A stretch of 63,748 nucleotides of DNA, the filler included, from Sphaeroforma arctica JP610 (taxonomy: Eukaryota): NCBI RefSeq assembly GCF_001186125.1. It is 4 parts of 2 records of this genome, joined end to end, with 100 filler letters (N's around TTAATTAATTAA, not from the genome) between each part and the next. Parts side by side here need not be neighbours in the genome. Positions count along the whole stretch, not along the records: positions 37,984 to 60,229 come from NW_014040538.1; positions 60,330 to 63,748 come from NW_014040538.1; 2 more parts are not named here. One strand, written 5' to 3'. The notes under the pieces were generated by a model. It was not told the DNA's origin and did not search any database. It saw nothing but the letters and a program-made list of their open reading frames with translations. Shown in pieces: positions 52,801 through 63,748 of this stretch. Numbering within the stretch: the first letter of the stretch is position 1; every line of letters begins with the position of its first letter. Both the position numbers and the translations under genes were made by a program.

Positions 52801-55800
52801 GCTGAATGATACTAACCAAGACCGTTGACAGATTAATAAGGTATGCCGCAACAGCCAACATATACGCCCAAATAAAGTCATCACAAGCTTTACTCGATAG
52901 AGGACGCAACACATAATATTCGCCATCGTTGTATGCATTGGAATTGCATAAGTAAGCCATTGTCGTGTACACAGTTGTGACTATGGGTTGCGCAACTTAG
53001 GGTGGAAGTCACAGCGGCTGAGACGCTAACAATCCTCTATCAAACACATAAGTCGCGATGCGTGGTATTATCCGCACTCTGCGCAAAGTACCTCTCACCG
53101 TCCGCGCCTTCTGATCCACTTCGAGCACATCGTAAAGGTCCACGTTGATGTTGCTCATGGTCTCCTTGTATGTGCCAATCCTCAGAGAGATCGTTTTCCA
53201 TCCAGCTCTGGTATGAATATTCGAATCGCAAACAAAAGACATTGCTTCAGAAGGCGTGGTTATCATGGATAGCAGGCCATTTGTAGTGCACTATGAGATA
53301 TATCGCGTAGACAAATGTACTTGCTTTATTAGAGCACAATACATCACAGTGTCGGCAGCTTGAACTTCGGTACAATAAAACGTGCTAATGGACTCGAACA
53401 TCTTGTCGTGCCCAAAGTACTGCCACAGAAAACGGTATAATAGGTCAAAACAAGGCCAAAAAGTCTGATGAATGCACGCACAGCCTACGTGGATATACAG
53501 TATATATATGTATATGCATATATACATACATACGCATATAGATATAGATGTAGATATACATGATATATATATATGCCATATCTAAAATTTTCAGATCGAC
53601 CGCATCTAAACAATGAACACCCATACTCTGTTACTAACCTGGCGGTACACATTGGGCGCCTGCGACCGTCAGCGTTCCAGTCTTTAACTTGTTTCTGTAC
53701 ATGGGCCACACGAGCTACCCAATTGTACAAGAAAGACAGGGCAAATGAAATGAAATGGAAGGGGATACGAACGCATTGCAGAATTAGTTTTCCTGTACAT
53801 ATTGCCAAATCAAATGGTAAATTTACTATTTCACGTTCTCCTTGAAACGCAACATCCGAATGGCGCATCTGTGCAGAGCAACAATGTATCGCATATATGA
53901 TCGAATCAATATCATAGCCTGAAAATATCCCAGGTTATTGGTTGCCATCCCTTCTTACCCTCCAGACCTCCGTATGGTTCACCGCCAACACCTTGGCACA
54001 AAAATCCACTCGTACACCGCTTAAATCCACTATCACAGCATATCTATAGACCATCAAAACACCTACATCCACATTGATGGCTCACAGACGGCTCATACAA
54101 TGTCGCTTCATGGGGGTGACAGGTGCCTGCGTGGTGACCGGTTCAAACTTCACCATAAAAATAAACAACAACAAAAACCACGACATCGTACACGACACGA
54201 GCATACTGACGAATGTAACGCATATTACTAATCCAGCATCACAAGTATATCTAGTGTATATATGCCATCAAAAAATTGGGTATACACTCTAACATGCGAG
54301 TCACGAACATGCGTAACGACCGGACGCAACTTTATCTCGAATATAATACGGAACGGTAGGCGAGCCTATTCCAGACTGTGGCGTGTATTACTAAATCAGT
54401 GTCGTGTGTATATCATTCGTATGATACCTGAAAACCGAGTGTAGAACTTAAAACCTAAATCACGAACCTGCGTGATGGGCGGGCGCAGACTTCATCTTAA
54501 ACACAATGGAGCTGCGCACATAGGAGACCGCATCGTACACAAGCGACATTGGCAGCAGCACCAGACAAGCAAAGATAGACCTATGGTACGTTAGCATGTA
54601 CCTGTAATTTGATAGATGCAATGGGGAGTGATGTCGTGTATGCATTAGGAATCTACGTCACGTACAAGCAGGAATTGGGAAGTTCATCTACTATATTGGT
54701 AAGCATTAATGGCTATGAGACATAGCCGTCAAAACCAGACACGCGAAAGTCATCCGGGAAGAGAGCCAGTGTGATCGTCTCGTAAGCGGTTGTTGGATAT
54801 GTTGCTGAAGGTGTCCGTATAAGTGGGATTCTGACAGAAGGTCACCGTAGCTCGTAGGCCAAACTCCTACTCGAAAAATGGTAAAGTGATGCGTGTTTCA
54901 AATGAAGTGTGAACTGGGCCAAGCAGTTTATCCCGATAAAAGATCATAAGAATAGTAGTATAGTGATATAAAGCATGAATGCAAAATAGGATACATTAGA
55001 ATTCAAGTTCAGAATGTATGTGGTGTATGCGAATCTTCTATGCATATCATAGTACTGAACGCAACACAGAGCGGTGATCTTGCTCACTTCACGCACCATG
55101 CACACACAGTGCAATAATATTCAAGTTAGAAATAAAGAAATCAGGTTACGAACACACTAAAAATTCATATACTCCATCCACCTGTTCAGTGCACCAACAA
55201 GTTGTGTATATACCGAGAAAAGCTCTTCCTAGAAATACAAGTACATACATATAAAGCCCACACCCTATCCCTGTGCTTAAAACATCGAAATGTAATTAAA
55301 TGATACAGTCGTACTCGCACTATACATAGGGACAACATGATAAGATCAAACTCAAAGAGCACATACTATATACACCTATTCAGTGCGTCACGTAAGTCGT
55401 GTAACAACGAGATAAATTTGTTTGGATATATGTAGATACACACAAGTGTATGTCCATCCCTGTGTATATCATTGCAACGTTAACGGTACAACCGTATTCG
55501 CGCTAAACATAGAAACGGCATAGGAATTAGTTCACTCGAGTCCGCGTAATCGATCCATCTGTTCAATGCGCCGCACCGGTCGTACAAATAAGCAAATACA
55601 TTCTATTGAATATATAACAAGTAATGACTATCTCTGTGTATAGACACCGAATATAAAAGATGCTAGCTTATTCACGCTAGACAGAGAACGTCATAAAAAC
55701 ACTCTCAAACCCACATACTCAATCCATTTGTTCAGTGCGCCACACAATTTTGTGTACTTAGTAGAAATACTACACTAACTATACATATAACATGTAAATA

Positions 55801-56161
55801 TTCACAAGTAGATAAAATATTCTTTCTACGATACAATATCGTAAATGCTAATATTTTCATATATCCATTTATGTACAAAAACCACAAAGTCGGTCCATAT
55901 TCTCTAATGTGCATATAGAAATATAGTTACCTGTGAACATGTATACATGCATAAAGGCGTGCCCATCTTTTAATATAATAACGAAGTGCTAATACGAACT
56001 TTATATTCATGCACAAAGGTCACATACTCTATCCATCGGTTCAGTGCGCAAGACATGGAGTCGACAATTGATTGAACAAATCGAGCAGCAGAGCCTGTCA
56101 TGCCGTTCTTAGACGACGATCCCGCATCTGGCTTGCTTCTACCAGATTCTGCGTAGCACAT
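46864..56161 (-). CDS. DHCR24: Delta(24)-sterol reductase, multi-exon
   Basis: Spliced exons give [26 protein letters not shown]...[53 protein letters not shown]...[57 protein letters not shown], and [10 protein letters not shown] (stop at 46866-46864). Confidence 0.95.
48114..48640. repeat. ~120-bp tandem repeat copying a DHCR24 acceptor site and exon start
   Basis: Repeated CACGGACTCGGCAGTGG...GATGGGCA...TGATTGTG units derived from the [11 protein letters not shown] exon start. Confidence 0.85.
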
Positions 56162-56770
56162 CGTTCCTGTAGCACAAACTGAGTACGTCTAGATACATAA
56201 ATTATATAGGCTATGAGAAGTCACTCTGGTGTGTAGGTGTGTGTGTGTGATATGTGGATAGTGCACTACTTGTGGCTACCTAGAAATATTGATATGTAGG
56301 TGAAAAGTCTTCAGCTCAACGTACAGCAAAGCAGTATTTATACACAGCAGCTGTGAGATTTAGCGCGCTCGTGTATTCTACTCGAGTACTTCAGTGGACT
56401 TCGTTGTTCGTTATTTGACACGCTGACGCGTTTCTATTTTTGTTCACAAGCACCTGAGGTCTTCTTGAGCGGATCGTACGATTATAGCATGACCAGAATT
56501 ACACAATAAGAAGAAGTATTGACGACGTATTTTATTATTTAAATCATGGTATGATTCAGGAGACCTAAATGCAGAATGGTTCATCTATGTGTAAATAAAC
56601 AATTTTAAAATAAAATAACTCAAGAAGTGAGACAGTCACCAAAATTTTATCACACATTCTACATATGTTTAAAAAAACTTCATGACCCTCTCTTCTACTA
56701 CTACTCTCTACTAGATTAGTAAATATTTTTAAATATAACGGCTGATCGGACTCACGTCCGAAAACTTTTA

Positions 56771-57656
56771 GGCCCTGTTCTGCAACTCAATATTACGGCC
56801 ATTTTCGACGAAAATGTTCATTTTTGAAAAAAGAGCATTTTTCAAAATTCAAAATGGGCATTTTCTCTAAAAATCGATTTGCATCTCAAACTTGAAAAAT
56901 GTCCATACTTCCAAAATCACTTTTTTGAACTTCTATAGTCGCGTTTTTACATAAGTTTCAAATGCTGTTTTTGGTAAAAAAGAATGGCCATTTCTTTGAA
57001 TTCACGTAAAATTTCTTCTGAAACTGTACAAAATACTCTTTCAAAAATAGAATCGGTGATATGTATGGTTGATCATTAAGTAATATGATTCGTTCTTTCG
57101 TGGAAAAAAGGGCGCGTTGCTATACGAATTATGAAAAGTAGCGTGCATGGAAATATTGTGCACAATGACAATGTCAAATGTAGATATATGGCTATTTTGA
57201 TCAGCCACATCAGACGAATTTTCAGCGATTCAGTCCCAGTGACCTCATCTTCCTCCACAAGAGAATCCATGGATCTAGGCGCGTGAGATGGGTTTGCACT
57301 CATTGTGGCTGATAAATGGGGTGGCACTTACAGATATTCTAACGATAATTTAACGAAAAATCTCAACAGTTAACAGCACGAACAAAATGATACATGGCGC
57401 GTTTTGAGAAATGGCGCGGTTTCATTTTTGCTCTTTCTATTTTTGGCAGTTTCAATGTTTACGTAAATAAGCTGCCGTAGGCGTAAAAATCGACGGTTGG
57501 AAATAATGGCCGTTTTTAAAAAGTATATAAGGAACTCAAATATTTTTGAGAATGATGTTGTACCCATTTTATAATGAAAATCTGAAAATATAAAATCGAT
57601 CTAAAATGGACTTTTTCAAAAATTGACATTTTCATGTTGAGTTGCAGAACAAGGCT
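56771..57656. mobile_element. Non-autonomous TIR DNA transposon, PIF/Harbinger-like
   Basis: TIRs GGCCCTGTTCTGCAACTCAA (56771-56790) and TTGAGTTGCAGAACAAGGCT (57637-57656), 18/20 complementary; flanks TTA/TCA. Confidence 0.7.
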
Positions 57657-59689
57657 TCAGATTCGAAATCTATATACAGTAAAATTGATGTTTGCATTTT
57701 AGCACAGCCTCCTCTCTACTATTCTCTCTCTAGCTAGTAGAAAGAGAGAGAATCAACAACTTTTGTGTTTATACATATTTATTTAAAAAAATACCACCAT
57801 GAAAAATACCTACTTTAGAACAATTTTTCAAACCCGTTTCTAAGCCTCTCTATTTATTTATATCCAATTAGCTTACCGCGAATAAAAAAATAGTATTTTA
57901 AAAAAGTGACTGAATTTTTGTTTGTACCGAACATCCTTTTTTGGCATGTGTTGTACTTTATAATCATTTTGTATACACTTTAGTAAATTTGACTATATAC
58001 CTTATCTAGACCATCTATGCATAGGTATATACATGTGCATGTTCTTTCATACCAGCTTAAGCATCATAAGACGCGATGGAGGTGCAAGGGCTGTCACTGT
58101 TACTGTCACCCTTACTAGTGAAAAATCCACTATCCAATATAGTAGGTGTATTGGGCTGTTACTGTATGTATATATATATATATATATAAATATATATATA
58201 TGTTTTATAATTATCAAATCGTTACACATTAAAGCTTCTGATTGACTGAGGTTACAGTTAGAAGGATTTTGAGTCTGAATGAGACTAACGCTAAGACTCA
58301 AAGTTGAGTGTGAGCGTGAACGTGAACGTGAAAGTAAAAGAGAGATGTAAGTGTGTACACGCGTGTGTATTTCAAGACCGCTTTGAATATACGCTTTCAG
58401 TCGCCGCGGTGTCCCAGCCGTTTTTTATTGAAATATAGGTGTCCGTCCGGTTTTTGGACGATTTTGAAAAAGTTTATTTTACGTAGAGTAGTTGGAGTCT
58501 CAATAGTCGTAATGATAGTCGTAATGTGGGCAAAGAAACAGTCGTATTTTAAAAACTCTCAGATTCTCTCTCTCGCTCTGAGTCTCTCTCTCTCTCCAGA
58601 TTGCGTCTCTAACTCACTATTGAGTCTATTCTCTCTCACAGGCTCTCTCAATACATTTAAAAAAAAAGATAGGTACTATTATTATTTTTTTAAATACGGT
58701 ACGTTAACGCGAATTTTTATATTAAATAAACGCTATGAATAACGTTTCGGGGTCAAATATGGATGATAAAATTATGGAATTGCGCTTGCACGATGAACCT
58801 ATTTACAACCAAGTGGACCTTATAGCTCAAATTAACAGTCACTGTTGGGTATTTTTGGCGCCAAACTTTCTAGGACATAATGGGATCATGGTATTTATAA
58901 CCTCATGAAAGAACCCAGTCATATATGAGATGGACTATATGGTATATAAAAGTTGAGCGTAAATCGATTTTTAATTATGTATAAACGTTATGTTGGACAA
59001 CTTTTTTAGTTTTTAGCTCTCTTTTAATTAAAAAAACAAAAACAAAAGCTCGCTATTTTTAAATTTTTTGTTAGAAGAAAACAATATCAAAATGCACTGT
59101 CTCAGCATGAATACATACTACACAGCCTAAAAAAAATCAATCGAGGGACCTACAAGCAATCATAATGATAAAACAATGGTTTTTTATTTTTATCGAATGA
59201 CTCTATTAATAGATCGCGAATGATAACTCATCATTTAAGTTATAGGCCATTCGAAATTAAGAATACATACATGATTCGACACGAGATAGAGATACCATTT
59301 GGCGAGATTTAATTGGACAAAATCAGTTGGAGTATTATTATGAACTGTCCACACTCGAACACTCACAAAGAGAGAGGAGAAGAAGATAAGGGTGGTACAT
59401 ATTTCAGGTTTGATTAGAAAATAATATAGTACTACTTTCCGGCTTTCGCCGGTGAAATTCGACCAAAATCCCATCATCCTCATCTAAAATTCTAAATATA
59501 TACCTCGCAAAACATTCATTAAAGGTGTCTGCATGCATAAATCTACCTAATTATCAAATGCTTCTGCTGCACTCTACCTTGCATACCCATAAACAAGTAG
59601 ATACATACATACATGCTAGACATACATACTATACATACATATCTATATAAATACTGAGAAATACGAATTTAAGCCAATTTTCCAGCGAC

Positions 59690-60136
59690 ATGAGTGATCC
59701 GAGTGGTACTAAACAGGGGCCACCCTCTAAGCCTGCTCCGTACAAGCCAGCACCTTACGCAGGCACCAGGAGGGCGTACAGGTCTGAAAGAACACCCAGT
59801 ATTGCAGCACTTGGCTCTAAAGTAGACCTGGATGTAAAGGCCTCTAATATACCCCCCTCGGAGTTGAAAAAGCCGCAACGACCCCCAGAGCCATCGTCGT
59901 TCGCGTCGCCTAGTAGCAGGAAAAAGGATCTGCCCAAGATTATGTCGCATAATGGCGTACCAATACACAGGTACGTTTGTGCATGATTTTCGGCATGACA
60001 TGTAGATATACCACAAACGAACATCGCATGCTAGGTCGTTTGTATCAATGCAAATGTTCATGTATTTTGCATGTATTTGATGCATGTATTGATGCATATA
60101 TTTATGCATGTGTGTACGCACGTGCATATATATATA

Positions 60137-60181
<45 letters not shown>

Positions 60182-61195
60182 GCACGTATATACTANATAT
60201 ATTATTNTATATATATATATATATATATANNNNNNNNNNNNNNNNNNNNNNNNNNNNNNNNNNNNNNNNNNNNTTAATTAATTAANNNNNNNNNNNNNNN
60301 NNNNNNNNNNNNNNNNNNNNNNNNNNNNNAGACTTAATCCCATCAACCTAGACTTAAGCCCATTCACCTTAGACTTAATCCCATCAACCTAGACTTAAGC
60401 CCATTCACCTTAGACCGAAGCCCATTCACCTCAGACTTAAAGCCCATTCACTTTAAACTTAAGCCCATTCACCTTACACTTAAGCCCATGCACCTTACAC
60501 TTAAGCCCATTCACCATAGACCTAAGCCCATCAACCTTAGACTTAAGCCTATTCACCTTAGACTTAAGCTGATTCACCTTAGACCTAAGCCCATTCACCT
60601 TAGACCTAAGCCCATTCACCTGAGACCTAAGCCCATGCACCTTAGACCTAAGCCCATCAATTTTAGACTTAAGTCCATTCACCTTCGACCTAAGTCCATT
60701 CACCTTAGACTTAAGCCTATTCACCTTAGACCTAAACCCATCGACCTTAGACTTAAGCCCATTTACCTTAAACTTAAGCCCATCTATCTTAGGCCTAAAA
60801 CCATTCACATTACAGCCTTAGACCTACAATAATTCAACATATACCTAAACACATTCTTTAGAACTGAACTCAATCACCTTATACCTAAACCCATCTACCT
60901 TGACACAAACGGGTATATCTCAACCTAAACCCAAACCTCTTTAACCTAAAAATATAAACATGCAGAGGCCTTTCCTTGGCTCGTGGTCACTTGAACGGTC
61001 AGGGTGCATGTCGTCCAATCACCAGCATGGCATACACAACGCAGTCGCCTCCGAGGGCATGTTGGGTGCGTGTGGGTGGTACTATGACAAGGTCTTCGAC
61101 AAGGCTGTCTTTGGGCAGCATGAAGATGTCTTGCTGGCGCTAGATGTCTTGTTCAAAAAGGTGGGTCTGACCTTCCTATTCTCCGACTTCCCGGT
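59690..61195 (+). CDS. Hypothetical spliced gene or pseudogene (Pro/Ser/Lys-rich first exon); may extend further right
   Basis: Exon 59690-~59970 (MSDPSGTKQGPPSKPAP...) ends at AG|GTACGT; a second exon candidate lies at ~60968-61192. No recognised domain. Confidence 0.45.
60329..60830. repeat. 21-bp minisatellite (CCTTAGACTTAAGCCCATTCA)
   Basis: More than 20 tandem units; yields spurious 7-aa-periodic ORFs. Confidence 0.95.
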
Positions 61196-62142
61196 GTCTG
61201 TGTCGATGTACACCAATTGCTGTGCCGATAGGTTCTCAAGTGCAAACCCCGTGTAGCGAGGTGAGAGCTACAGTTGGGTTTCTAGGGTTTGCACAGGGTA
61301 TGTAGAGTGCGGGTGGGTGGTAGTGCGACCAGGGGCACAACAAGGCTGCATTTGGGTACCCCAAGACTGTCTGGCTGGCCCTGAATGTGCTATTTAGAGA
61401 TGTAGGCTTTATATTTCCATCCTCCGACTTCCCATAGATTCTTGAGTGCAGCATGCTTAAGTGGGTTGGTTGAGCGTAAAGACTTTAACTGTACCGGACC
61501 CCTAGTGGAGTGCTTATCCCTCCAGATGGTCCCACTGAAGAGAAGGAGGCTGACACCTGATTCCCCCGTTATCTCATAAGGAAATTGAACCCTTCAGAAA
61601 AAAATATTAGTCTGTGTACAAGATGGAGACCAACGTATGTAAAGTCGCACATACGTTTTGTGTATTGGCGCGCTAGTTTATAGTTCTCGATCGTCTTGAA
61701 CACCTCATTCTGTGTTTGCGTACACATATGCATCTTGGCGAATTGCTAGGCATGTTAGGTGTAAGGTGCGGAGTCGTCGGCATCCCAGCAACGTATAAGG
61801 TGATTTGAATATCGCATGCGCAACCTCTAGAGCCGCACGAGTCCTCATACATGGAACACTTCATACCCGCCACTGCACTCACAACATCCACGCCATGGGA
61901 TTCACACGCCTAGCGTAACCCTGAGGCCGTGAGAGATGTTCTCGTACTTCGGTAGGGTATACACGAGGTGCATTCTCTCCCTTGCTGTAATTGTATATAG
62001 CAGGCGCCGGAGATACACTGAGGTATCACATATAAAAGAACACCTTAGGTACAAGTAAATAAATAGCCAGGTTACATCCTAACTGTGGTCAGTTTGGTGG
62101 CCGTGTACTTCTGAGGTGAGATGTTTCGGAGTGCATTTATGC

Positions 62143-62686
62143 TGTCTGTTATTCACCAACAGGTATAGATTGGGTCTGTTATTCACCAACAGGTATAGAT
62201 TGGATCTGTTATTCACCAACAGGTATAGATCGGGTCGGTTATTCACCAACAAGTATAGATTGGGTCTGTTATTCACCAACAGGTATAGATTGGGTCTGTT
62301 ATTCACCAACAGGTATAGATTGGGTCGGTTATTCATCAACAGGTATAGATTGGGTCGGTTATTCACCAACAGGTATAGATTGGGTTGGTTATTCACCAAC
62401 AGGTAAAGATTGGGTCTGTTATTCTCCAACAGGTATAGATTGGGTCTGTTATTCTCCAACAGATTTGGATTGGGTCAGTTATTCTCCAACATGTATAGAT
62501 TGGGTCTGTTATTCACCAACAGGTATAGATTGGGACGGTTATTCACCAACAGGTATAGATTGGGACGGTTATTCACCAATAGATTTAGATTGGGTCAGTT
62601 ATTCTCCAACAGGTATAGATTGGGTCGGTTATTCTCCAACAGGTATAGATTGGGTCGGTTATTCACCAACGGATTTAGATTGGGCT
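62143..62686. repeat. 30-bp minisatellite, about 18 units (GGGTCTGTTATTCACCAACAGGTATAGATT)
   Basis: Head-to-tail units with no spacers. Confidence 0.95.
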
Positions 62687-63748
62687 CCGAGGATAACGAC
62701 ACACACTACTTGGCACTCGCGCTGAGGCGGAACATGTTCTGTTTTAGGCTATAGCTGTGCTCTATATTCTGACGAGAGCTGAGAAGTACTTGCAGGCTGG
62801 GACCGTCATGAAACCAGACACGTGATAAGACTAAAACTGGCACATCTGGAGGGCAACCTTAACAGCGAAATGTAGCGAATCCTAACGATACGGATCTGCC
62901 TCTGATTTGATAATTACTTTTATCGGAGTGGTAATTATTTTGCAAACACGGAGAGATATTTACGAACTATGTATTGTATTAAGAGTTTAGTAGTTTTAGT
63001 CAAGGTCTACATATACACACCCAGCCTCCTAAATTTATTGCAGGATACAAGGTGTATGCACGCGCTAAACTGCTAGCAAGCAGTCTTACTCCACATCCTC
63101 CTTAAACCCATCCAACCCGCTTGTGCTTTGCGCCTCGGCTAGTTCCTGTTGCTTTAAGATCGTCATGCCCACGTGATGTTTGCACACATAGTACGCGTCC
63201 ACGATGTCGTTGATGGGTGAGACAGTAGTCCCTCGGGTATTGAACACATCGGAAAGGTTGATCCCTGCTCAGGGTATATAGGGTTGGGTTAGGGTTTGGG
63301 AGTCAGGAGTCAGCCAGGCAAACAACGCACAGCTTGGTAGGTAGGGAGTTAGAAGAGTTGGTGTACGTTTTCAAACTCAATTGTATACCCAAGTGTATGC
63401 ATGAATGTATGTACTCATGTTTAATAACTTAATACGCGTGGCATGGTATCGCTGACACCTATATACAGCTTTAGCGATGTGATGACGAATGTGTCTGCAC
63501 CATGCTCGATGTACAGCATACGATACACATCCAGAATACAGCTTTGATTTTGGCATAGACAGTCTAGGGGTACAATTGAGCTAATACAGTGAATGACTTA
63601 TGCATGTAAAATGATGATGATATCAGCTCATACATGCACAAGTAGCATTTTATTAGAAGTGATACATACGCCAGGACAGTGCACGTGCTAGATACACACA
63701 CAGCTACGCAACTGTGTACACTATACGTCCTCCTGAGCCTATATATAT

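Noticed and set aside
60437..60832. Heptad coiled-coil-like ORFs (KVNGLKS / HLRPKPI repeats)
   Set aside because: Translations of a 21-bp intronic minisatellite that is open on both strands.
62143..62686. CRISPR-like 30-bp repeat array
   Set aside because: Units are contiguous with no unique spacers, the context is eukaryotic and there are no cas genes; it is a minisatellite.

Overview
Eukaryotic draft-genome window (spliced GT-AG genes, AT microsatellites, N-gaps padded with TTAATTAATTAA). The gene content suggests a unicellular opisthokont such as an ichthyosporean, but that is inference. Host genes: a retinol-saturase/carotenoid-oxidoreductase-like gene (+, ~11.8-18.5 kb, 5' exons look damaged), a 7-exon MDM12 (ERMES subunit; -, 26606-32218), a multi-exon DHCR24 sterol delta-24 reductase (-, 46864-56161), an unknown spliced gene near the right end, and two tRNA genes (Phe-GAA, intronic; Ile-AAT). 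About a third of the window is nested Ty3/gypsy LTR-retrotransposon debris (0.1-10 kb, 23-24.6 kb, 33-45.9 kb). The main finding is in the decayed gypsy element at ~0.6-7.0 kb. Its pol frame has a phage-Dam/DIRS-type DNA N6-adenine methyltransferase domain (NPPW) between RNase H and a DDE integrase. That domain is normally associated with tyrosine-recombinase DIRS elements, not with integrase-encoding LTR elements. The same family shows a gag-TGA-CGG-pol readthrough junction, no tRNA primer-binding site, and a possible chromodomain-like tail. A second recurring pattern is tandem duplication of splice junctions inside host introns.
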